Below, piece by piece: positions 1-7,715 of a stretch of 26,032 bases of DNA. The stretch comes from Lentisphaeria bacterium. GTDB lineage: Bacteria > Verrucomicrobiota > Lentisphaeria > Victivallales > JAUVCU01. The notes beneath the pieces were generated by a model, which ran no database searches, was not told where the DNA came from, and saw only the letters and a list, made by a program, of their open reading frames with translations. The stretch lies in NCBI GenBank assembly GCA_030590715.1, contig JAUVCU010000001.1:1-26032 (forward strand), written 5' to 3'. The position numbers were made by a program, and so were the translations under genes. Position 1 is the first letter of the stretch; each line of letters starts with the position of its first letter.

Positions 1-197
1 ATGAGTAATGCTATTCAAATATATCCGGAAGAGCAGGGTGGTACCGGATGACCAAGAGAACCCGGCTTTGTAACCTACATTTCTGCAGGTTACAAAGAGG
101 TTGTTGCACCACAACAACGTACGAATATCGCAGAAAAAAAATAGCAAACTTGTTGAGTGAGGAAGCTGTGAAGTTTCTCCAACGCATTAAGGGAGTC

Positions 198-308
198 AGC
201 ATAGATCATAGTAGGTAGAGGGTTATTAAACATACTGGTACAGTGTACCCCGAACGAGATCACAAATATCTCAAATAGGATGGGCTCACATCTACTGAAG
301 GATCGAAC
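198..308 (+). ncRNA. Group II intron J2/3 and domain III
   Basis: AGC (198-200), then AGATC-ATAGTA-GGTAGA ... TCTACT-GAAG-GATC-GAAC, matching the IIC DIII layout from memory. GATC 204-207 pairs with 301-304, and GGTAGA 214-219 pairs with TCTACT 291-296. Confidence 0.65.
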
Positions 309-370
309 GGTGCCCGTTCCGAATGGAACGTTAATTGGTAAATGATAGTGGTTATTAGGAGGTATAATTT

Positions 371-1744
371 ATGAACATATTGCAGCTGAAGAAACAGCCC
401 GAGCTAAACTTGGGGCTCGTGGACGATATTGTCCACGACCGCAGTTCTGAAATGTTTGTAGCATCATATCTTTCCGAAAGCCCGACAGGAGAAATCCGGC
501 TCTTGGAATCTATCCTTGAGTTGAACAACATGCAGAAAGCGCTTAAACGCGTCATCTCAAATAAAGGTGCACCGGGCATTGACGGGATGACCGTCAAGAA
601 ACTGTCCAAGTACCTCGAACGACACTGGCACAAGATTGAGAAAGCCCTGCTGGACGGTACGTACACTCCTCTTCCGGTAAGGAGAAAGGAGATCGATAAA
701 CCCGACGGCGGAACAAGACTGCTCGGTATACCAACAGTTCTCGACCGCCTTATCCAACAGGCGATAGCACAGGTTATGACCAGAATATGGGATCATACAT
801 TTTCTGATCACAGTTATGGTTTCAGACCCAAGCGCTCACAAGCGGACGCTATCTATAAAGCTCAATCATACATCAAAGAAGGTTACTTCGTAGCTGTTGA
901 TATGGACTTGTCAAAGTTCTTCGACAGGGTAAATCACGACCGCCTTATGAGCCGACTTGCAACGAAAGTCGAGGACAAGCGTGTCCTCAAACTCATAAGG
1001 GCCTTCCTTGAATCCGGTGTTATGATCGATGGCGTGCTCTCTGAAACCGATGAAGGAACGCCTCAGGGTGGACCATTATCGCCATTACTATCAAATATAG
1101 TACTGGATGAACTCGACAAAGAGCTTGAGAAACGCAATCTGCACTTCGTCCGCTACGCTGATGACTTCGTCATATATGTCAAAAGCGATGTGGCCGGAGA
1201 ACGAGTAATGAAAAGTGTAACACGCTACGTAACGACAAAACTACGACTTAAAGTAAACGAAGATAAGAGTGCCGTTGGGCGCCCTTGGAACCGTAAGTTT
1301 CTCGGGATTCGTTTCATTACGAACAAGAAGAACCCTAAAATTTGTCTCCACGAGAAATCGCTAAAACGGTTCAAAGATAAGATCCGTGAGCTGACAAGTC
1401 GCAACTGCGGTAGAAGTCTGCAACGGGTCATTGATGAACTGATGCGATATCTCAAGGGGTGGTGGGGCTATTTTAACATTATTGAATCCAAAACCGCACT
1501 CAGCAGGATCGACAACTGGATCAGACGGCGTCTGAGAATGTTGATGTGGAAACAGTGGAAGAACCGACGAACCCGCGTGAGAGAACTTCTCAAACGTGGG
1601 ATTTCTAGACGATACGCTGTTACCACCGGGTGCGCCCGTAAGCGCTACTGGCGGATGAGTAATGTTAAATGGGTGGTCATTGCGTTGCCGAACAAAACCT
1701 TTCATTCACTCGGCTTGGAATTCCCATGGATATCTCGTGCCTGA
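371..1744 (+). CDS. ltrA: Group II intron reverse transcriptase/maturase, 457 aa, no endonuclease domain
   Basis: GAPGIDG, KPDGGTRLLGIPTVLDR, SYGFRP, DLSKFFD, GTPQGGPLSPLLSN, intact YADD, and maturase X domain (GWWGYF...WIRRRLR...WKQWK). SD AGGAGG at 357-362. Confidence 0.97.
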   Translation: MNILQLKKQPELNLGLVDDIVHDRSSEMFVASYLSESPTGEIRLLESILELNNMQKALKRVISNKGAPGIDGMTVKKLSKYLERHWHKIEKALLDGTYTPLPVRRKEIDKPDGGTRLLGIPTVLDRLIQQAIAQVMTRIWDHTFSDHSYGFRPKRSQADAIYKAQSYIKEGYFVAVDMDLSKFFDRVNHDRLMSRLATKVEDKRVLKLIRAFLESGVMIDGVLSETDEGTPQGGPLSPLLSNIVLDELDKELEKRNLHFVRYADDFVIYVKSDVAGERVMKSVTRYVTTKLRLKVNEDKSAVGRPWNRKFLGIRFITNKKNPKICLHEKSLKRFKDKIRELTSRNCGRSLQRVIDELMRYLKGWWGYFNIIESKTALSRIDNWIRRRLRMLMWKQWKNRRTRVRELLKRGISRRYAVTTGCARKRYWRMSNVKWVVIALPNKTFHSLGLEFPWISRA

Positions 1745-1750
1745 TCAGCC

Positions 1751-1824
1751 GAACCGCCGCGGTACGGACCCGTATGCCAGGTGGTGTGAGAGGGACGCTC
1801 AGCGATGAGCGTTCCTATCTCGAT
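1751..1824 (+). ncRNA. Group II intron domains V and VI with 3' splice site
   Basis: DV: ACCGCC (1753-1758) pairs with GGTGGT (1780-1785), triad CGC at 1755-1757, upper stem GGTACG/CGTA-TG-CC. DVI: GGGACGCTC/GAGCGTTCC stem, bulged A at 1817, terminal AT at 1823-1824. Confidence 0.92.
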
Positions 1825-1897
1825 AAACTGGATATAGTTATATCTTATTTATACTGTACTTGGTTTTCGGGAGAAACAAGACAAAACTAAGGGGGAC

Positions 1898-2362
1898 ATG
1901 ATGAATATATTCAAAAAGGTCGTTGTAGCGGGGCTTACCGTAACAGGAATTAGTATGCTGCTGCCGCAGTCGGTACAGGCTCATTGTCAGTTGCCGTGCG
2001 GGATTTATGCGGATTCAGCGCGCGTATCTTCAATGCTCGAAGATGCCGGGACTATTGCTAAAGCTACAGTTAAGATTTCAGAACTAGCGGGTAAAACCGA
2101 TGCCCAGTCTCAAAACCAGCTGGTGCGCTGGGTTAATAATAAAGAAAAACATGCTGAGAATATAATTTCGACAATAAGTGACTACTTTTTGACACAACGG
2201 GTTAAACCGAATCAGGAAGATTATGTCGCACGTTTAACGAAGCATCACCGGGTTATTGTTGCCGCGATGAAAGCAAAGCAGAATTCCAACTTACAATACG
2301 CAGAAGCCTTGAAGGCCAGCATAGAAGCATTAAGCGGATATTACCCTGGACATAAGCACTAA
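1898..2362 (+). CDS. sodN: Nickel superoxide dismutase precursor with signal-peptide-like N-terminus
   Basis: Ni-hook HCQLPCGIY (H-C-x-x-P-C-G-x-Y) directly after VQA. Later NQLVRWVNNKEKHA matches the NiSOD helical bundle. Confidence 0.93.
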   Translation: MMNIFKKVVVAGLTVTGISMLLPQSVQAHCQLPCGIYADSARVSSMLEDAGTIAKATVKISELAGKTDAQSQNQLVRWVNNKEKHAENIISTISDYFLTQRVKPNQEDYVARLTKHHRVIVAAMKAKQNSNLQYAEALKASIEALSGYYPGHKH

Positions 2363-2380
2363 GATTTAAAGTTAATTATC

Positions 2381-2420
2381 AAAGCCCGTGGTGAATTCGC
2401 TTTCCACGGGCTTTTTCTTT
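2381..2420 (+). terminator. Intrinsic terminator after sodN
   Basis: Stem AAAGCCCGTGG/CCACGGGCTTT followed by TTTTTCTTTT. Confidence 0.85.
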
Positions 2421-2422
2421 TC

Positions 2423-2632
2423 ACAAGCTGAAGCTTGAACTCCTACAACAATGCGATTTGTGGTTGTGGGAATTTCATACTCCACATTGCGCACAAGGTT
2501 TATGAATTGTTATTCATGGCTTTATTTTACGATGTCTCTTCTAAGGACGTTCAGATTTTAGGGGGCTCGGTAGTTAAAATTTATCTCATTTGGCACGGAG
2601 TTTGTGTCGTCGGAGTACAAGCTTCAGCTTGT
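2423..2632. repeat. Inverted pair of REP-like palindromic repeats (REPIN- or MITE-like, 210 bp)
   Basis: 2423-2443 ACAAGCTGAAGCTTGAACTCC is the reverse complement of 2612-2632 with one mismatch. Each unit holds the hairpin CAAGC-TTCA-GCTTG preceded by GTAG-GAGTT (minus strand) or GTCG-GAGTA (plus strand). Confidence 0.75.
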
Positions 2633-2732
2633 TTAAGGCGAGCGTTCTGTTTGTCGTCGCAATGCGATATCATTCGCGATTTATTTCTTTCAGGCTATAG
2701 TCTTTCTCATAACAATATAAAGGATTGTCGAT

Positions 2733-3491
2733 ATGTGGAAAGCGGCGAAGGTGTTTTTAAAAGTGTTGACAATACTCAGTTTTGTAACTGGGGCAGTTTC
2801 GTGGAAAATGAGAAGAGTGCTTCCGCCAAAGGAAGATCTTTTGCCCGCAGTATGTAATAAGTATCCGATTCAGAAAAAGACTAACAAGCTTCCATTTCGC
2901 ATTAAAAAGGGCGGTGTTGAGTATACAATTAAGCCGCTTTATTCTTATGATATTCACGGTATGCTCGTGTCGTATCACGATGCCGATTCGTTCGGGAATA
3001 TTTACCACAAGGCGTGGAAAGATAATTTAAATATGCGCGACCTCGGGCTAATCTGGGGCAATTCAGCTAAAAGTGGTTCGTATGCACATATTACATTCAG
3101 TAGCGGTAGCTGGATGCTTTATTGGCAATGGAGTGACAGCAGGCTTATCCGCGGTTTTAATGACGATGAAGTTTCGAATAATCATGTGCTTCTTTCCAAC
3201 GATGAGATTACAGATAAAGTGATGTCTACGAATTGGGGGGATCAGATAAGAATGCGCGGTTATCTAGCCGAGTACTCTCATGATGGCGGGTTTAAGAGAG
3301 GCTCGAGCATTACCCGTACTGATACGGGAAATGGAGCGTGTGAAACCATTTTTGTCACCGATTTTGAAATTCTCAAACGCGCGAATCCTTTCTGGAATGA
3401 CATGTATTCTTTGTGTATCGGCTTGCTGATCTTTTGCGTCATCGGTAGAATCTTTGTTTTCTTTAAAGCTCCATTCAAGTGCGCGGTCTAG
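2733..3491 (+). CDS. Hypothetical membrane-anchored protein, 252 aa
   Basis: Long ORF with SD-like AAGGA. Hydrophobic segments at both ends flank a soluble core (SNNH, GDQIRMRGYL, RTDTGNGACE). Function not recognised. Confidence 0.8.
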   Translation: MWKAAKVFLKVLTILSFVTGAVSWKMRRVLPPKEDLLPAVCNKYPIQKKTNKLPFRIKKGGVEYTIKPLYSYDIHGMLVSYHDADSFGNIYHKAWKDNLNMRDLGLIWGNSAKSGSYAHITFSSGSWMLYWQWSDSRLIRGFNDDEVSNNHVLLSNDEITDKVMSTNWGDQIRMRGYLAEYSHDGGFKRGSSITRTDTGNGACETIFVTDFEILKRANPFWNDMYSLCIGLLIFCVIGRIFVFFKAPFKCAV

Positions 3492-3586
3492 CATAGTCCT
3501 GTTCAGCATCATTCACAGTAAAAGTATTCCCGCTGTATGAATTAATGGTGGGTAAAGGTAAATGGCTTGATCTCTGAGTCATGTGC

Positions 3587-4579
3587 TCAGGGTCTTGATT
3601 TGTAGTCGGGCTTGCGCATTTGTGGTGGTAAAAGCTGTTTTACGGTCAGTGGAGAGAAGTTTAGGACGACTTCCACTCGGTCGTCGACAAATTGCAAAGT
3701 GCCGTGACTTCCTTTAATAGAATGTATCAGATTGTAGATGTTCTGGTCCAAAGTCATTGTGCTTATGTCAAAACTCTGTAGAAAGTGTTTTGCAACTTTT
3801 GAAAGCTTGTTGATGGAAGCAAGTTCTTCTTTTTCGTTCAGACTGCTGAAGTCTACTTTCGTTCCGCTTTCACAGAGCTCTTTTATTTTCTTTGAAAATT
3901 CACCCGAATTTACCGGAGTTATAACCGATTTAAGTCCAATGCTGTTTTTTTCTACATTCAGAAACAGCTGTACTGAGTCGAGCTGATCGATCATCTTTTG
4001 AACTTTCTCTATTCTATTCTTTATCTTTTCAAGGTTTTCCGGTTGTTGGTCCTTGCAGAGGTTTTTGTATAATAAGTCTGTTAATTGTTTATATTGAGTT
4101 GGATAGCTTTTTTGATACCGTGCCGGCTTCAGCTCAAGGTAAATATCGGAGTTGCTGTTCGCGGGCTTGGTTTGTTTATATTCTTTTAGAATGCTGTTTG
4201 ACGGAGATAGGGTGTAGTTGCTTTCATTATCCCTGAAAAATAATTTTCGTCCACCGACTATCAGTGATTTCCCTGTAAGAGGTTGGCTTGAGATATCAAT
4301 CGTATATACTGGGATATTTGAATCTGTTTGAGGAAATAGCTTTGCTGTAATGGGCTTATCAAAGTCAAAGTTGCTGTAGTTTTTATTTGCCGAAAACCCT
4401 ATCCATCCGCCGGCTATTAGAAGAGGTAAATTGTTGCTTGTTTTTTGCGTGAATCTGGCAAGGTCCATTACCGTATCGGAAAGGGATTTTATATGTAATT
4501 CTGCGATTGTATCAGCTGCTTGACAATTCAGGCTTATACATACTATTAGTAATGTTGTAATTTTACATATGCTGTGCAT
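3587..4579 (-). CDS. Hypothetical exported protein, about 330 aa
   Basis: Long ORF. The likely start at 4579 gives MHSICKITTLLIVCISLNCQA-A, a signal-peptide-like N-terminus, and avoids overlap with the divergent gene. No family recognised. Confidence 0.75.
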   Translation of the reverse strand: MHSICKITTLLIVCISLNCQAADTIAELHIKSLSDTVMDLARFTQKTSNNLPLLIAGGWIGFSANKNYSNFDFDKPITAKLFPQTDSNIPVYTIDISSQPLTGKSLIVGGRKLFFRDNESNYTLSPSNSILKEYKQTKPANSNSDIYLELKPARYQKSYPTQYKQLTDLLYKNLCKDQQPENLEKIKNRIEKVQKMIDQLDSVQLFLNVEKNSIGLKSVITPVNSGEFSKKIKELCESGTKVDFSSLNEKEELASINKLSKVAKHFLQSFDISTMTLDQNIYNLIHSIKGSHGTLQFVDDRVEVVLNFSPLTVKQLLPPQMRKPDYKSRP

Positions 4580-4667
4580 TGTTATCTGTTCCAAAAAAGT
4601 AAAGAATATGTAATTCGTATTTAATTGTTTGGTGTACACTACACTTGCGGGAGGTCAGTTCAACGAC

Positions 4668-5663
4668 ATGAAAGAGAATACCAGAATTCTGATGATAATG
4701 CTGGATGGAGTCGGTGTTCCGCCGGAAGGGTGGAGAGATTCATTATATTCGAAATACTGCAGTGATCAGTTTATCGATCTTTTTTCGAACTATTCTATGC
4801 CGATCGATGCCTGTCTTGGATATGACGGCTTGCCGCAAAGTGCTTCTGGACAAACAGCACTGTTTACCGGCTACAACGGTGCTGATATTATGGGGGATCA
4901 TCTACCGGGATTTCCAGGACCTTTGCTGCGCGATGCCATTCGTGACAGGAATATTTTTTCATCTCTCGAGAGCGCTAATTATACTGTTGCTTTTGCAAAT
5001 GCTTATGTCCGCTATAGCATGGCTGAATTGCGTAAAACAAGATTCCGTTCGGTAACGACAATAATGACGGAAGGAGTATTCGGTGCTGTCAGAAGGAAAG
5101 GGGATTTGATCGAGCATTACGCTGTTTATCATGATATTACCCGTGAAAGCCTTCAAGGCGGTAAAGTTGGATTCGGGCGGCATAAATTCAAAATGAAGCC
5201 TCCGATCCCGGAAGTTATAACACCAAAACGCGGTGCTCAGGATCTTTTGAATATTGCCAAAAACTATGACTTTACCCTTTTCGAATACTTCATGACAGAT
5301 AAGGCCGGGCATAGCCAGGATCAGGAGTTTGTAAAAAATGTGCTGGCTGATATTGATGAATTTTTCTGTACTTTAATGGATGAGATGTGCGACGATACTC
5401 TTTTGGTTGTATCAAGTGATCATGGAAATATAGAAGATCCTACATCCGGTAAACATACACGGAATCCGGTACCTCTTTTAGTTTACGGTAAAAATAGGCC
5501 GGATATTATCCCCGTAGTGTCGCTGACAGATGTACATTCTTTTATTGTCGATACCATGTTGTATTTTAATAATCCGGATAAAGAACAGGCGAGTGATCCA
5601 AATGACCACATTGAGAGCTCAGACTTTGATTCTCATAACCCGTTTGCAGATTTTAATTTTTAA
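4668..5663 (+). CDS. Alkaline-phosphatase-superfamily metalloenzyme (iPGM/phosphopentomutase-like core)
   Basis: Metal and nucleophile motifs LDGVG, PQSASGQT, TDKAGH, SDHGN, HTRNPVP. Start set at ATG 4668 behind GGGAGG (4649-4654). Confidence 0.85.
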   Translation: MKENTRILMIMLDGVGVPPEGWRDSLYSKYCSDQFIDLFSNYSMPIDACLGYDGLPQSASGQTALFTGYNGADIMGDHLPGFPGPLLRDAIRDRNIFSSLESANYTVAFANAYVRYSMAELRKTRFRSVTTIMTEGVFGAVRRKGDLIEHYAVYHDITRESLQGGKVGFGRHKFKMKPPIPEVITPKRGAQDLLNIAKNYDFTLFEYFMTDKAGHSQDQEFVKNVLADIDEFFCTLMDEMCDDTLLVVSSDHGNIEDPTSGKHTRNPVPLLVYGKNRPDIIPVVSLTDVHSFIVDTMLYFNNPDKEQASDPNDHIESSDFDSHNPFADFNF

Positions 5664-5677
5664 TAGTAGAAGAGAAT

Positions 5678-6061
5678 ATGAATACGACAAAAATACCTGA
5701 GGCTAAAAAGGGGCTGGGCCGTGCTCTTCGAGCTTTTAAATTCTCGTGGGCCGGATTTAAAGTGATTGTGAAAGAGGATGCCTTTTTTCAGGAATTAGTT
5801 GTTTCAGCTATCGCTATACCTTTTGCCTGCTTTTTGAACATCGGAATAGTTTTAAAACTACTCATGATAATTGCCCCGATCGGGGTGATGCTGGTTGAGG
5901 TAATAAATACTTCGGTTGAAGCTGTCGTCGATCTGGTTTCCCCTGATTATCATAAACTTGCAAAAGTTGCTAAAGATCTCGGTAGTCTTTCTGTTTTGAT
6001 CGCAATTTGTATGGCATTGATTATCTGGCTTACCGGACTGTACCAGGCATTTTTTATTTGA
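5678..6061 (+). CDS. dgkA: Diacylglycerol kinase (prokaryotic integral-membrane type)
   Basis: 127 aa with three hydrophobic helices and motifs AFFQE, EVINTSVEAVVD, AKVAKDLGS. Confidence 0.92.
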   Translation: MNTTKIPEAKKGLGRALRAFKFSWAGFKVIVKEDAFFQELVVSAIAIPFACFLNIGIVLKLLMIIAPIGVMLVEVINTSVEAVVDLVSPDYHKLAKVAKDLGSLSVLIAICMALIIWLTGLYQAFFI

Positions 6062-6090
6062 TCTATTATTTATTCTTTTACTCCAATTGC

Positions 6091-6120
6091 TTGCATATTA
6101 ATTGACTCCTAGCTTAAAAT
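6091..6120 (+). promoter_or_regulatory. Possible sigma70 promoter for the kinase gene
   Basis: TTGCAT (6091-6096), 18 bp spacer, TAAAAT (6115-6120). Motif match only. Confidence 0.35.
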
Positions 6121-6151
6121 TCAATGATATGAAATGTACTTGGAGGTCATT

Positions 6152-7621
6152 TTGCCGCTTAAAGCAACAATACAGATTCTCAATGGACCACTTCTTGGTA
6201 GAAAGTTTTCTGTGGATTCAAATATTGAGGTCACTATAGGGCGAAGCAGTGATGCTCAAATAATTATCCCGCACGGTGCTGACACTAAACTTTCTCGACT
6301 GCACTGTAAGGTTACTTTCAACTTGCCCCAAATCACAATTGTCGATTTGGAGAGCAGTAATGGAACTTACATCGATGACGAACGGATTGCAGCTGCAGAT
6401 ATTTCATCAGGAAGTATTTTAACCGTAGGTGACACCAAGATAAAGTTCCTGATTGTAGAGCCTGTTAATTGTATTGACTGTGGTGTTGAATTAGCGGATA
6501 AAGATCTGAACGCATTTTACCGCGATGGTGGGATTTATTTATGTGACGAATGTTTCTCTCAGCTTGAATACCGCGGAGAAAATACAGAGTTTGAAACTAG
6601 CGGGAATGAAGACGGTTCTGACACTGAGTTTTTCGATTACAACGGAGATACAACAGTCGTAAATATTTCTGATAATACTAAGATGAATCTTGAAGAGACA
6701 CTCGCGCCAAAGAAGAAATATCCCGAGAAGAAAAGTTTTGACCAATTCGAGATATTGTGCTGCCTGGCGGAAGGCGGAATGGGGAGCGTTTATAAGGCAA
6801 AAGACCTTGAGACGGGTGAAATTGTCGCACTAAAAATGATGCATCCAAGTATTGCTGAAAGTGAGATCTTCAGAGAAGATTTTTTGAGGGAGATCGAGAA
6901 TACAAAAATATTATCTCATCCCAATATAGTTAACGTCCTGAATGTAAATATCAGCGACAGTAAAAAAATGTTCTTTACAATGGAGTACTGTGACTGTGGC
7001 TCGATTCAGGAATTGGTTGAGTCCTCAGAAAAACATGTCAGTATAGAAAATGGTTTTAATATATTGAAACCTTGTTTACTTGCTCTTGATTATGCACACA
7101 ATGTTGAGATTCACAATATTAAACTGCATGACGGTAGAGCCGTTTCGGCCCGAGGATTGGTACACCGGGATATTAAACCGGGTAATATCCTTCTAGCAAA
7201 TAAAGATGGTGGAGTCTGCCCTAAGATTGCAGACTTCGGGTTAGCCAAGGCATTTGATCATGCTTCAGAGACTGGGAATACAATGGTAGGGGCAGTTGCC
7301 GGTGCAATGGGATTTGTACCCCGACAGCAGGTGGAAAATTATAAATTCTGCAAGCCGGAAGTAGATGTGTGGGCAATGGCTGCAACTTATTATTATATGT
7401 TGACTAAATGTATGCCGCGTGATTTTGATGATGATATGGACGATGCTTCAACAGTACTTCATAAACCTACTGTACCAATACGAAAAAGAAGGCGTGAAAT
7501 TCCTAAAAGCGTGGCAGAGGTTATAGATCTGGCTCTTATCGATACGCACGATTTGTTTTATAAAAATGCGAACGATTTTCTAAACGCACTTCAAAAAGCA
7601 ATTGAAGAGTCTTTCGAATAA
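6152..7621 (+). CDS. FHA-domain Hanks-type Ser/Thr protein kinase with a CxxC...CxxC linker
   Basis: FHA (IGRS, SRLH, DLESSNGT), CIDC...CDEC, kinase motifs EGGMGSVY, VALK, HRDIKPGN, DFG. TTG at 6152 has GGAGG 5 nt upstream; ATG 6134 is the alternative start. Confidence 0.92.
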   Translation: MPLKATIQILNGPLLGRKFSVDSNIEVTIGRSSDAQIIIPHGADTKLSRLHCKVTFNLPQITIVDLESSNGTYIDDERIAAADISSGSILTVGDTKIKFLIVEPVNCIDCGVELADKDLNAFYRDGGIYLCDECFSQLEYRGENTEFETSGNEDGSDTEFFDYNGDTTVVNISDNTKMNLEETLAPKKKYPEKKSFDQFEILCCLAEGGMGSVYKAKDLETGEIVALKMMHPSIAESEIFREDFLREIENTKILSHPNIVNVLNVNISDSKKMFFTMEYCDCGSIQELVESSEKHVSIENGFNILKPCLLALDYAHNVEIHNIKLHDGRAVSARGLVHRDIKPGNILLANKDGGVCPKIADFGLAKAFDHASETGNTMVGAVAGAMGFVPRQQVENYKFCKPEVDVWAMAATYYYMLTKCMPRDFDDDMDDASTVLHKPTVPIRKRRREIPKSVAEVIDLALIDTHDLFYKNANDFLNALQKAIEESFE

Positions 7622-7635
7622 TTCCATTTCTACAT

Positions 7636-7672
7636 AAAAAAGAGGTGCGGAGAAAACTCCACACCTCTTTTT
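7636..7672. terminator. Bidirectional intrinsic terminator
   Basis: AAAAAAGAGGTG-CGGAG/CTCCA-CACCTCTTTTT between convergent genes. Confidence 0.85.
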
Positions 7673-7715
7673 CTATTTAATTATTTTACTCACAGTTTTG
7701 TGGCTCGTTGCATGA

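Larger units (their letters stand above)
1..1824 (+). mobile_element. Group II intron, bacterial class C (IIC); 5' end lies upstream of the window
   Basis: RT/maturase ORF 371-1744 is followed at once by a IIC-type domain V with CGC triad and a domain VI ending ...CTCGAT at 1824. A DIII-like motif (GTC-AGC...ATAGTA...GAAG-GATC-GAAC) lies at 195-308. No GTGCG 5' end occurs in 1-370, so the start is off-window. Confidence 0.93.

Noticed and set aside
355-1890. Short ORFs overlapping the intron (355-666, 557-811, 1225-1455, 1361-1705, 1669-1890)
   Set aside because: They are antisense or off-frame shadows of the RT or cross DV/DVI, with no protein-like motifs.
2435-2857. 140-aa ORF spanning the REP pair
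   Set aside because: It runs through the repeat element, overlaps the better 2733 gene in another frame, and has no SD or recognisable motif (no HUH/RAYT signature).
1825-3600. Integron cassette array (class C introns can target attC sites)
   Set aside because: I found no repeated RYYYAAC...GTTRRRY attC folds after the genes and no integrase. The genes have their own terminators.
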